From Candidatus Eiseniibacteriota bacterium (GTDB taxonomy: Bacteria > Eisenbacteria > RBG-16-71-46 > CAVPCR01): a DNA stretch of 64,000 nucleotides. The stretch covers positions 512,001 to 576,000 of the forward strand of contig CAWGMA010000004.1 in assembly GCA_963823555.1 (NCBI GenBank), read 5' to 3'. The notes beneath the pieces are model-generated. The model was not told where the DNA came from and searched no databases. It worked only from the letters and a program-made list of their open reading frames with translations. Positions 10,340 to 19,058 of this stretch are shown one piece after another; within the stretch, counting starts at the first letter, position 1, and the number at the start of each line of letters is the position of its first letter. A program made the translations under genes and the position numbers.

Positions 10340-11041
10340 CTAGCCGTTTCGTTCGCGGTGGATGTGATCGGCGGCGATCCCGCGCCCGATGAGCCCCGCC
10401 ATCACCGCCTCGATCATCTCCCGGCGACCGCAAACATACACATCGAGGTCTCGACGCATGCCGAGCACGGAACCGAGGTGCGTCTGGACGTATCCGGTTC
10501 GTCCCGACCACTCGGCTCGCGGCCTGCTGAGGGTGGGCTCGTAGGCGAATCGCGACTCCCTCGCCGCCAAGGCCGAGAACTCCTCCCCGAACAGTAGATC
10601 CTCCTCCGTGCGGGCGCCGAAGAGGAGCGTGACGTGTCTCTCTCCGCTGGCGAGTGCGCGGTGGATCATGGGCCGGAGCGGGCTCACCCCGCTCCCGGTG
10701 GCGACGAAGAGGCAGTCCCGATCCACCGGTTCGCGGAGGCGGAAGGAGCCGTGGGGGCCGGAGAACTCCACGCGGTCCCCAGGCTGGAAAGGCGGCCGAG
10801 CCGGCGCCGAACTGGTTCCCGTGCCGGCGATGCAAAGCTCGAAGCAACCGTCCGGTCGTGGTGGTGACGCGATCGAGTAGTGGTGCACGCGGGACTCCCC
10901 GCCATCGCTCGTGTGCAGAGAAACATACTGGCCCGGTGCGAAGCGGAAGGGTGTCTCACCCCCCACGCAGAGCACCACCCGATGGGCCCAATCGCCAAGG
11001 CGCTCCACGTCTTCGATTCTGGCTCGATGAAGTGCTGTCAC
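10340..11041 (-). CDS. Ferredoxin-NAD(P) reductase family FAD-binding oxidoreductase
   Basis: FAPGQY, YSIAS, GPHGSF, ATGSGVSP, FGAR and YVCG motifs. Start placed at GTG 11041, 7 nt after TATCTT. Confidence 0.88.
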   Translation of the reverse strand: MTALHRARIEDVERLGDWAHRVVLCVGGETPFRFAPGQYVSLHTSDGGESRVHHYSIASPPRPDGCFELCIAGTGTSSAPARPPFQPGDRVEFSGPHGSFRLREPVDRDCLFVATGSGVSPLRPMIHRALASGERHVTLLFGARTEEDLLFGEEFSALAARESRFAYEPTLSRPRAEWSGRTGYVQTHLGSVLGMRRDLDVYVCGRREMIEAVMAGLIGRGIAADHIHRERNG

Positions 11042-11134
11042 GCACGAGAAGATAGCCGAGCACCCTCCCCGGGGGCCAGCACGGCCTGGGATCGGCGCCT
11101 TCGGCCCGTTCTCGATCTTCTCTCGCACGTGACA

Positions 11135-11163
11135 TTGACCCCAGTATTTCCAGCCCCTATCCT
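11135..11163 (+). promoter_or_regulatory. Sigma70 promoter, probably leaderless transcript
   Basis: TTGACC-N17-TATCCT, with the ATG 8 nt downstream and no SD sequence. Confidence 0.6.
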
Positions 11164-11171
11164 CTTGCCCG

Positions 11172-11960
11172 ATGAGCCTCTCACCATCGTCCTCATCCAG
11201 CGCTCCTCACCCGCTCATCACCGTCTCCGGCTTGGCGTCGGGGGTGGGGAAGACGACCCTGGCCGAATGGCTCATCCGCCGCCTGGCTCCGATGGCCGCC
11301 CTCAAGGTGACCGTGGTCGACTCCGGGATCCACGGCTGTCCCATCCAGCGTTCCTGTGGGGTTTGCTCCTCCCTCCGCATGCCCTATCGCATCCTGGTCG
11401 AGCATCCATGCTCGGGCGGCGATCGAGTGGAGCCCCATGTTCCCCGGAAGGACACCACACGCCTGGCACGAGCCGGTGCGGATCCCGTGATCTGGGTGCA
11501 GACTCGGTGGGAGTTCCTCGATGCGGCTCTGCGGGCGGGCCTGGCCCGGGTAGGGAGAAGGGGTGTCGTGATCGAGGGCAACACGGCGGTGTCGCGGCTC
11601 CGGCCGGATCTGGCCCTGATGGTCGACCGCCCGGGGCGCGCTGAAGCCAAGCCCTCCGCGCGGGCGATCCTCGATCGCATGCACGCGGTCCTCCTCAATC
11701 TCCCGCGGATGGTGCACGGTACCGAGGTTGTCGGATGGGGTGGGGGCATCGATGATGCCTCGAACGCAGCACGGCGAGCGCGGGGTGCGGCCCGGCTCGG
11801 GAGCGAGAGGCCGGGCCTGCCCGTTCATCGGCTCGACCTGCAATCACCGGGATGGCGCGGGGAGCAGATCCTCGATCGGCTGGTGGCCCACGCGGTCGGT
11901 TCGGGTGAAGGGGGGAGGGAGAGCCGGGGAGGCCAAATCGGATCGGGGATGCTAAAGTAG
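11172..11960 (+). CDS. MobB-like P-loop NTPase with a Cys cluster
   Basis: SGLASGVGKTT Walker A, GCPIQRSCGVC, KDTTRLARAGA and VIEGN. Confidence 0.7.
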   Translation: MSLSPSSSSSAPHPLITVSGLASGVGKTTLAEWLIRRLAPMAALKVTVVDSGIHGCPIQRSCGVCSSLRMPYRILVEHPCSGGDRVEPHVPRKDTTRLARAGADPVIWVQTRWEFLDAALRAGLARVGRRGVVIEGNTAVSRLRPDLALMVDRPGRAEAKPSARAILDRMHAVLLNLPRMVHGTEVVGWGGGIDDASNAARRARGAARLGSERPGLPVHRLDLQSPGWRGEQILDRLVAHAVGSGEGGRESRGGQIGSGMLK

Positions 11961-12554
11961 ATGGCGATGCTAGACGAACGTGCTCTGGTCCTGAACCGTC
12001 ACTGGCTTGCGATCGATACGGTGAGCGTGCGCCGTGCCTTGTGCATGCTCTACCTGGGGGTCGCGCGCGCCGTGGCGCCGGACACGTTCGAGCTCCATGA
12101 CTGGGGGAGTTGGGCCTCCCTCAAGGTGGAAGCAGGGCAGCCGGCCATCCGTGCCGTGCGTTTCCAGATGCGGATGCCCGAGATCGTCTTGCTCCTGGTC
12201 TACGATCGGGTCCCGCGCCAGCGCGTCATCTTCTCCCGGCGCAATCTCTTCCGCCGTGATCAGTTCATGTGCCAGTACTGCGGCCACCAGCCCGGACGCG
12301 ACGAGCTATCGATCGACCACATCGTGCCGCGGTCGCGCGGCGGGCGCAGCACCTGGGCCAATTGCGTCGTGGCCTGCCTCAAGTGCAACAAGCGCAAGGC
12401 GGATCGCACGCTCCCGGAGTCAGGGCTCAGCCTGGTCCGGGCGCCCCAGGAGCCGACGTGGAGCCCATACCTCAGCCTCAACCTGGGCCGGCGTCGCGTG
12501 AGCTGGGAACGGTTTATCTCCGAGAAGTACTGGAACGTCGAGCTTGAAGAGTAG
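11961..12554 (+). CDS. HNH endonuclease (McrA/HNH_5 type)
   Basis: LVLN, SRRNLFRRDQFMCQYCG and SIDHIVPRSRGG..W.N...AC..CN..K. Confidence 0.92.
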   Translation: MAMLDERALVLNRHWLAIDTVSVRRALCMLYLGVARAVAPDTFELHDWGSWASLKVEAGQPAIRAVRFQMRMPEIVLLLVYDRVPRQRVIFSRRNLFRRDQFMCQYCGHQPGRDELSIDHIVPRSRGGRSTWANCVVACLKCNKRKADRTLPESGLSLVRAPQEPTWSPYLSLNLGRRRVSWERFISEKYWNVELEE

Positions 12555-12752
12555 TGCTCTCCTCCGGCTGGACTCCTGATCCTGTTCGGGTCCGGGTTGT
12601 CGATTTGATCAGGTCGGAATCGGCTCGAGTTCTCGCGTGGCGGGTGCGAGCAGGACGTTCGCTGATCGCCGACTAGGGGAAGAGGACTGGGCGTGCCTTC
12701 CCGGCCGCGGCGCCGGGCAAGCAGATGATGCCGGCGTCATTGGTCCCGGCCG

Positions 12753-13016
12753 CTAGAAGACTTCTTCCTCGTCCTCGTCTTCATAGTCGTCGTAGTCATC
12801 CTCGAAGTCCTCGTCATCGTCGTCGAAGTCGTCGTCGTCCTCATCGCCGTCTTCATCCTCATCCTCGAACTCGTCGTCATCCTCCATCTCGTCGTCCTCT
12901 TCTTCTTCCTCGTAGGACGCGTAGGCTTCAACGCACTCCGGGCTGCAGAACTTCTGACCGCCGCGGACGATTGGCTTGCCGACGATCGTCTCTTCGCAGA
13001 AAGCGCAGACTGCCAT
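12753..13016 (-). CDS. 87-aa protein: TRASH/MYM-like zinc finger plus Asp/Glu-rich tail
   Basis: GGAGG RBS; MAVCAFCEETIVGKPIVRGGQKFCSPECV followed by about 50 mostly D/E residues. Confidence 0.8.
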   Translation of the reverse strand: MAVCAFCEETIVGKPIVRGGQKFCSPECVEAYASYEEEEEDDEMEDDDEFEDEDEDGDEDDDDFDDDDEDFEDDYDDYEDEDEEEVF

Positions 13017-13264
13017 GGTTCCATTACCTCCGCTCTCGCGGTCCTCCGGGGCCGCGGTGGGCGCGTAAGCTACCCCCGGGGGCCGGGTGGTGCAAGCCCC
13101 CAAAGTATGCCCGGTGCCGCCCTCCCCGGCCCCCCGGGATTTTCTCGGCGGGGCGCCGGCCGGCCATCTGATGGCAGCACAAGCCGGCTCCCCCGGCAAG
13201 CGCAATGGACTTCCTTTGCCCCGCCGGTGGCACCGGCCCTTGGGGAGCGGGGCGCGGATCCGCC

Positions 13265-14395
13265 TCAGGCCGTGGCCGGTCCGCCTGCCGGCTCCGCGGG
13301 CGGGTGAACGGGCCCGGTACCTCCCCTGAAGCGCAGCGCGAACACCTCGAGCTCCCCATGCTCGACCTCGAGCGCGAGCTCCAGGGTGCCGTGGCCGGGG
13401 TCGCGAACCAGGCGATAGAGTCGGGGGGCACTGGCGCGGACCAGGCTCGCCGGGCGGCCTGAGCCATCTGCGGGTTCGAGGTCGCGCCCGGAGCGCTCCG
13501 CGGGTACCGGTCGGCCGTCGACCACAACCCTGACCGCGGTCCCGGCCGCGGGACCGCGGAGCACCGCGCTCACCTCGGCCGCCGTGGCTCGCACCTGGAG
13601 GGCGGCCGGCCGTTCCGGCTGCGGCATCGCGATCAGGCTCTCGCCGGTGGCCCGCCATGGGCCGCTCAGGTACAGGCGGTCGGCGATGCGAAGCTTCGCT
13701 TCCGCGTAGTCGACGGTAGCGCCACTCCGCTCGAGCCCCTCACGGTTTCCAACGCTGCTGCGCAGAAATCCGCCATGGAGATCAGGAGTCGATGGCAGGG
13801 TCGTCGGTTTCGCTGCGGGCGGGGATGGAGCCGGCAGGCGGATCCAGGGACCGATATCAGCGCGGCCCTTGGCCAGAGTGGTGACGAGATGGGTGGCGAT
13901 CTGCGCATACCCGACCGGCCCGGGATGGTCGAGAACGACCTGACCTTCGCGGTCGAGGAGGATCGAGCGTGGCCAGAACCGGTTGTCGAGCGCTTTCCAG
14001 ATCGCGAGGTCGTTGTCGAGAACGACGGGATAGCGGATTCCGAACTCGGCGACGGCAGCAGCGACGTGGGCGCGCTCCGCACCGAAGCTGAACTCGGGTG
14101 TGTGGACCCCGATGATGGTGAGCCCGAAGCGCGTGTACCGCCGGTGCCAGGTCGAGAGAAAGGGTATCGTCCGCAAGGATAGCGGGCAGGTGTAGTCCCA
14201 GAAGACGAGAAGAATCGCACGGTCGGCCAGAGCCGGTTCGATGAAGCAGAGCTCGGGGGGCCCGCCCTCCGGCGACTCGGCCATGAGCAAGGGAGGGGCG
14301 TTGAGCCAGCGCGGCGCGAGCCGGCTCCGAATCTGAGCCAGCGCGCGTCGAGGAGCGCCTGGATCCGGTGTATGGTGCGGAGTCGAGGTGGACAT
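13265..14395 (-). CDS. Redoxin (DipZ C-terminal-like thioredoxin-fold protein)
   Basis: FWDYTCPLS, IIGVHTPEF, YPVVLDND..IW...N.FWP, then a DipZ-like beta domain (PRLYRLV). Confidence 0.8.
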   Translation of the reverse strand: MSTSTPHHTPDPGAPRRALAQIRSRLAPRWLNAPPLLMAESPEGGPPELCFIEPALADRAILLVFWDYTCPLSLRTIPFLSTWHRRYTRFGLTIIGVHTPEFSFGAERAHVAAAVAEFGIRYPVVLDNDLAIWKALDNRFWPRSILLDREGQVVLDHPGPVGYAQIATHLVTTLAKGRADIGPWIRLPAPSPPAAKPTTLPSTPDLHGGFLRSSVGNREGLERSGATVDYAEAKLRIADRLYLSGPWRATGESLIAMPQPERPAALQVRATAAEVSAVLRGPAAGTAVRVVVDGRPVPAERSGRDLEPADGSGRPASLVRASAPRLYRLVRDPGHGTLELALEVEHGELEVFALRFRGGTGPVHPPAEPAGGPATA

Positions 14396-14628
14396 GGCGG
14401 CGAGGGTTGGGAGAACCGTATCGTCTGGGATATCGGCTCGCGGTCGCGCGATGTCAAGCCCGGGGCTCGTCCCGCCTCCCCCGGGTAGCGCCGGCCCGGT
14501 CGCGCCGCTTCGGGCCGGCTCCTGGGGCATCTAGCCCGATCCCGGCGCCCCCGGGTTTGCGCCCCGCGCTATCATCTGCGGCTTTGCCCCCACCAAGGCA
14601 GGACGCCTGGATTCGAGGAGGACCTTCC

Positions 14629-14967
14629 GTGGCGCGATTCGAACGTCATGTCTTCATCTGCACCAATGAACGCCCCGCCGGTCATGCCCGCGGATCGTGC
14701 GCGGCCCGCGGCGCCGTTCCCATTCGCGAGCATTTCAAGGCCGAAGTGCGCCGGCGCGGCCTCAAGGCGCGAGTGCGGGCGAACCAGTGTGGCTGTCTCG
14801 ATGCCTGCGAGCTGGGGCCGACGATCGTCGTCTATCCAGACCAGGTCTGGTACGGCGGAGTCACGCTCGAGGACGTCGACGAGATCATCGAGCGACACCT
14901 CGTGAGTGGGGAGCCCGTCGAGCGCCTTCGCATCCCCGACGGCGGGTTCCCGGAGAGCGAGGGCTGA
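14629..14967 (+). CDS. Thioredoxin-like [2Fe-2S] ferredoxin
   Basis: GAGGAG RBS and GTG start; HVFICTN...SC...GCLDACELGP...YPDQVWY. Confidence 0.9.
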   Translation: MARFERHVFICTNERPAGHARGSCAARGAVPIREHFKAEVRRRGLKARVRANQCGCLDACELGPTIVVYPDQVWYGGVTLEDVDEIIERHLVSGEPVERLRIPDGGFPESEG

Positions 14968-15000
14968 CCGCCGCCGGGTCGCGTCGGGTCGGGCCGGCCG

Positions 15001-16206
15001 CTAGGCTGCGGGTTCGGGCTCCGGGAATCGGCGCACGATCTGATAACGGCTGTCCCGCTGCGCGGGCTCGTATCCCTGCGCCCGGATCAAGCGACGGATC
15101 TCCGCGGCGTCCATCCGCGTGCGGATGGTGCCGGCCGCGGACACCACGTTTTCCTCGAGCATCGTCGATCCGAAGTCGTCGGCGCCGTGATGGAGGGCCT
15201 GGGCCGCAACCTCGGGTCCCATGGTCGGCCACGAGGCCTGGATGTGATCGAAGTTGTCGAGATAGAGCCGGGCCAGCGCCACCTGGCGCAGGTATTCCTC
15301 ACGCCCGGCTCCCAAGGTGGAGCGCAGGCGTGACGCTCCGAGGCTCGTGTTCTCGAACTGCGCCGTCCAGACGATGAAGGCGGTGAAGCCGTTGCCATGA
15401 TCCGCCAGGGATTCATCCTGCAGGGACCGCAGGCGCTCGAGGTGATTCATGCGGTGGTTCACGGTCTCGCCCAGGCCGATGACCATCGATGCCGTCGTGG
15501 TGAGTCCCAGACGCTGGGCGCACCGCATCACGGCCAGCCACTCCGCTGTCTTCTGCTTCTTCGGGCTCACTCGGGAGCGGACCTCGTCATCGAGGATCTC
15601 GGCCCCCCCGCCCGGGAGGCCGGCGAGCCCGGCGGCCATGAGGCGCTCGAGCGTGGTCTCGATGCTCAGGCCCTCGATGGTGGCGAAGTGCTCGATCTCT
15701 GACGGCGAGAAGGCGTTGATCTCGATGGTCGGGAAGGTGGCGCGAATCCACCGCAGCAGATCTTCGTACCAGGTGAGGCGGAGATCCGGGTGGTGCCCCC
15801 CCTGCATGAGGATGCGAGTGCCCCCGGCCGCCACCAGTTCCTGGATCTTCTCCTCCAGTATCTGGTGCGAGTTGACGTAGGCCTCGGGATGCCCGGGGGG
15901 CCGGTAGAAGGCACAGAACTGGCAGTCCGTGATGCAGATGTTCGAGTAGTTGATGTTGCGATCGACGAGGTAGGTGACGCGCCGGGCGGGCGCGCGTGCG
16001 GCGCGCCGGGCCGCGGCGTGGTGGCGAAGATCGCCGATCGGCGCTCGGGTGAAGAGGATCTCGCCATCGCGTGGCGTGAGACGGGCGCCGGCCGCGGCGC
16101 GGCCGAGGGCGGCCGCCAGCTCGGGATCGCCGCTCGCTTTCGGCACCGCGGCGGCCCCGGTGGAGCTCGGCTGAACGCTGGGGCGGAGGCGGGAATCCTG
16201 GGTCAC
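15001..16206 (-). CDS. mqnC: Cyclic dehypoxanthinyl futalosine synthase (radical SAM, CofH/MqnC family)
   Basis: DRNINYSNICITDCQFC, LMQGGHHP, PGGGAEIL, HIQASW and GADDFGSTMLEENVV. Confidence 0.88.
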   Translation of the reverse strand: MTQDSRLRPSVQPSSTGAAAVPKASGDPELAAALGRAAAGARLTPRDGEILFTRAPIGDLRHHAAARRAARAPARRVTYLVDRNINYSNICITDCQFCAFYRPPGHPEAYVNSHQILEEKIQELVAAGGTRILMQGGHHPDLRLTWYEDLLRWIRATFPTIEINAFSPSEIEHFATIEGLSIETTLERLMAAGLAGLPGGGAEILDDEVRSRVSPKKQKTAEWLAVMRCAQRLGLTTTASMVIGLGETVNHRMNHLERLRSLQDESLADHGNGFTAFIVWTAQFENTSLGASRLRSTLGAGREEYLRQVALARLYLDNFDHIQASWPTMGPEVAAQALHHGADDFGSTMLEENVVSAAGTIRTRMDAAEIRRLIRAQGYEPAQRDSRYQIVRRFPEPEPAA

Positions 16207-16386
16207 GGGAGCTTCCTCGTCCTGTGTGCTCGGGCCCCGGCCGGGGGGTAGGGGGGGACATCCGTCTCGGGAGTCGCGGCGGCTGCCGGGAAACACACCG
16301 AGCGCTGCATGGTACGTTAGGCTTGAGAACACGGTCAAGCCGACCGCCGGATGAGTCACTGGCCGGGGAATCAAGGAGGCCCGATC

Positions 16387-16695
16387 ATGATCATGCTCGA
16401 GTTCAGCCTGAGTCCGCTCGACAAGGGGCCGAGCATTGGCGCAGAGGTGGCGCGCTGCCTCGACATCATCGACTCGAGCGGTGTCGACTACCGGTTCGGT
16501 CCGATGGGCACGGTGCTCGAGGGCACCTGGGACGAGGTCTTTCAGGTGGTCCGGCGATGCTTCGAGCGCGCCAGCGAGGACTGTGAGCGGATCTCGCTCG
16601 CCATCCGCGTCGACCACCGGAAGGGGGCCGGCCCACGCCTGCCGGACCGGATCGAGCGCATCGAGGAGCGCGTCGGTCGGAAGCTCCGCACCTGA
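16387..16695 (+). CDS. MTH1187/YkoF thiamine-binding protein family
   Basis: AAGGAGG RBS; EFSLSP...IIDSSG..Y..GPMGTVLEG.WDEV. Confidence 0.88.
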   Translation: MIMLEFSLSPLDKGPSIGAEVARCLDIIDSSGVDYRFGPMGTVLEGTWDEVFQVVRRCFERASEDCERISLAIRVDHRKGAGPRLPDRIERIEERVGRKLRT

Positions 16696-16723
16696 GTTTT
16701 CGCCAGGGCGCCGCCGCTTGTTC

Positions 16724-16751
16724 TTGACCCGGCGTCCTGGATCGGCACAAT
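16724..16751 (+). promoter_or_regulatory. Putative sigma70 promoter of the PLP/DUF1611 operon
   Basis: TTGACC-N16-CACAAT, about 110 nt upstream of the GTG at 16861. Confidence 0.4.
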
Positions 16752-16860
16752 GGATAACCCCGCCGCCCGGCGGCGCGGCCCGCCCGGGCCGGCCCGGCGG
16801 CGGCAGACGCGATAGGCCCGGCTCCGCCCCGGCTTGACGCCGGCGCCGAGCGGAGGACGA

Positions 16861-17886
16861 GTGACGACACCCGAACAGCTGAGCCCACTCGCTCCGCGTC
16901 CCGATCAGGCCGCCCTGGCCCGTGCACTCGAGGCCTTCGACGATTTCGTCGATGCCGAGGTCGGCGACACGACGCTGCAGCGTGCCCGCAATCTGGAACG
17001 CGAGACCGGCCTCCGGCAGATCTATCTCAAGTTCGAGGGCGGCAATCCGACCGGCACGCAGAAGGACCGTGTCGCCTTCACGATGGTGCGCGACGCGCTG
17101 CGACGCGGCTACGAAGTGATCACCGTCGCTACCTGCGGCAACTTCGGTGCCGCCATCGGTTACGCGGCGCGCACCGCGAAGATGCGCTCGATCGCCTTCG
17201 TTCCGGAGAGCTTCTCGACGCGCCGAGCCACCGAGATGGAGGCGACGGGCACGCATGTCATTCGCGTCCCCGGCACCTACGAGGATGCCGTGATGATGAG
17301 CCGGGAGCGGGCGGCGCTCCACGAATGGTATGACGCCAATCCAGGCTCGGAGAACGGCGACCTGCAGCTCGAGGCCTATGCCGGCATTGCCTACGAGATC
17401 TTCGATGAGCTGCGCGACGCCCCGGCCGCCGTGGCCGTGCCGGTCTCGAATGGGACCACGCTCGCCGGCATTCATCATGGTTTCGTGCGCCTGGAGAGGC
17501 GCGGGAAGATCTCGCGCGTGCCGCGCATGATCGGGGCGTCCACCTATCGCAAGAACCCCATCGTGCGCTCGTTCGTCAACAACTTGCCGCAATGCGTCGA
17601 TCTCGATCCGGCCGATGCCAAGGAGACCGGCATCAACGAGCCGCTGGTCAACTGGCATGCCTTCGACGGTCAGCTTGCCCTTGATGCCATTCGCGTCTCG
17701 AGTGGCTGGGCCGGCGACGCTTCGGACAAGGCCATGCTCGCCCACGCCCGGCTCTTGCGTGAGCGCGAGGGGCTCGACGTGCTGCCGGCCTCGACCTCGG
17801 CCCTCGCCGTCCTGCTCAAGGGGCACGCCCAGAGCCCGCTACCCCCGGATCGTTACGTGGTGGTCTTGACCGGTCGCCGGGGCTAG
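16861..17886 (+). CDS. PLP-dependent fold-type II enzyme (threonine synthase-like)
   Basis: GGAGG RBS; YLKFEGGNPTGTQKDR (PLP lysine), ATCGNFG and VPVSNGTT. Confidence 0.88.
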   Translation: MTTPEQLSPLAPRPDQAALARALEAFDDFVDAEVGDTTLQRARNLERETGLRQIYLKFEGGNPTGTQKDRVAFTMVRDALRRGYEVITVATCGNFGAAIGYAARTAKMRSIAFVPESFSTRRATEMEATGTHVIRVPGTYEDAVMMSRERAALHEWYDANPGSENGDLQLEAYAGIAYEIFDELRDAPAAVAVPVSNGTTLAGIHHGFVRLERRGKISRVPRMIGASTYRKNPIVRSFVNNLPQCVDLDPADAKETGINEPLVNWHAFDGQLALDAIRVSSGWAGDASDKAMLAHARLLREREGLDVLPASTSALAVLLKGHAQSPLPPDRYVVVLTGRRG

Positions 17887-17888
17887 CC

Positions 17889-19058
17889 ATGGACGAATCC
17901 GAGCGCGACAGCGCGGAAGCGAGCAGGCAGGCTCCCCTCGACGGCACCGCGGTCGTCTACTGCGAAGGTGCCTTCGGGTCGCCCAACGGCAAGACGGCGC
18001 ACGGTCTCGTGCGTCATACGCGCCGCTACGAGGTCGCCGCGGTCATCGACTCGCGTCTTGCCGGACGCGATGCCGGCGACGTGCTCGATGGAACCCCGGC
18101 CGGTATCCCGATCGTGGCCACCATCGAGGACGCCGAGCAGGCGGCACGGGCGCGGGGCGCTGCCCTCACCCACTTCGTGATCGGGCTGGCGCCGGATGGC
18201 GGGCGGCTCCCGCGAGAGGCGCGCGAGATCGTCCTCGCCGCCATCCGCCGCGATCTCAGCGTCGACTCGGGGCTCCACGATTATCTGACGGAGGACCCCG
18301 AGATCGCCGACCTCGCTGCTCGTCGCGGGGTCCATCTGCGGGATATCCGCAAGCCGAAGACGACGCGCGATCTTCACTTCTTCACGGGTCGGATCGCCGA
18401 GGTCCAAGCGGTCGTCCTCGCCATGCTCGGGACCGACTCGGCCGTCGGCAAGCGCACGACCGCGATGCTCCTCGAGCGTGGGCTCAGGGCGCGCGGGCTC
18501 AACGCGGTCATGATCGGGACCGGGCAGACGGCCTGGCTCCAGGGCGTCCGTTACGGCCTGATCCTCGACTCCACGGTCAATGATTTCGTGGCCGGCGAGA
18601 TCGAGCATGCCATCCTCGCCGCCTGGGAGGCGGAGCGTCCCGATGTCATCCTCCTCGAGGGGCAGGGGAGCCTGCTGAACCCGGCTTACCCTGGGGGTTT
18701 CGAATTGCTGGCCGCCGGTCGCCCGCAGGGGATCGTGCTGCAGCACGCGCCCGCCCGCGTCGACCACGATGGATTTCCGGGATTCCCGATCGGGCCGATC
18801 GAGCGCCACATCCGGCTCCTCGAAGAGATCTCCGGCCGCCCGGTGCTCGCGGTCACCCTGAACCACGAGGGATTGACTCCCGAGGCCGTGACCGAGACCG
18901 CGGATCGACTCGAGCGAGAGCTCGGACGTCCGGTCGTCGATGTCCTCCGCGATGGACCGGGGCGCCTGGTCGAGGAGATCCTCGGACGCTTCCCACAACT
19001 CGCCGCCGTGGCTCGCGAAACGCCGGCGGGTGTCGTCAACGGGGGTAAGGATGGCTGA
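17889..19058 (+). CDS. DUF1611 family protein (DgcN-like)
   Basis: GKTAHGL, SGLHD, GTDSAVGKRTT, TGQT and EGQGSL motifs. Confidence 0.88.
   Translation: MDESERDSAEASRQAPLDGTAVVYCEGAFGSPNGKTAHGLVRHTRRYEVAAVIDSRLAGRDAGDVLDGTPAGIPIVATIEDAEQAARARGAALTHFVIGLAPDGGRLPREAREIVLAAIRRDLSVDSGLHDYLTEDPEIADLAARRGVHLRDIRKPKTTRDLHFFTGRIAEVQAVVLAMLGTDSAVGKRTTAMLLERGLRARGLNAVMIGTGQTAWLQGVRYGLILDSTVNDFVAGEIEHAILAAWEAERPDVILLEGQGSLLNPAYPGGFELLAAGRPQGIVLQHAPARVDHDGFPGFPIGPIERHIRLLEEISGRPVLAVTLNHEGLTPEAVTETADRLERELGRPVVDVLRDGPGRLVEEILGRFPQLAAVARETPAGVVNGGKDG

Noticed and set aside
11961..12554. HNH gene as a mobile element, IscB/Cas9 or restriction system
   Set aside because: No RuvC motifs, terminal repeats, array or adjacent DNA methyltransferase. 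It matches the common stand-alone McrA-type HNH.
12760..12912. TCG/TCA/TCC trinucleotide-like repeat tract
   Set aside because: Not a microsatellite or CRISPR; it is the coding sequence of the poly-Asp/Glu tail.
16207..17826. Apparent 941-aa ORF giving MqnC a long N-terminal extension
   Set aside because: The extension is the antisense shadow of the MTH1187 and PLP genes. MqnC homology and an RBS begin at about 16206.
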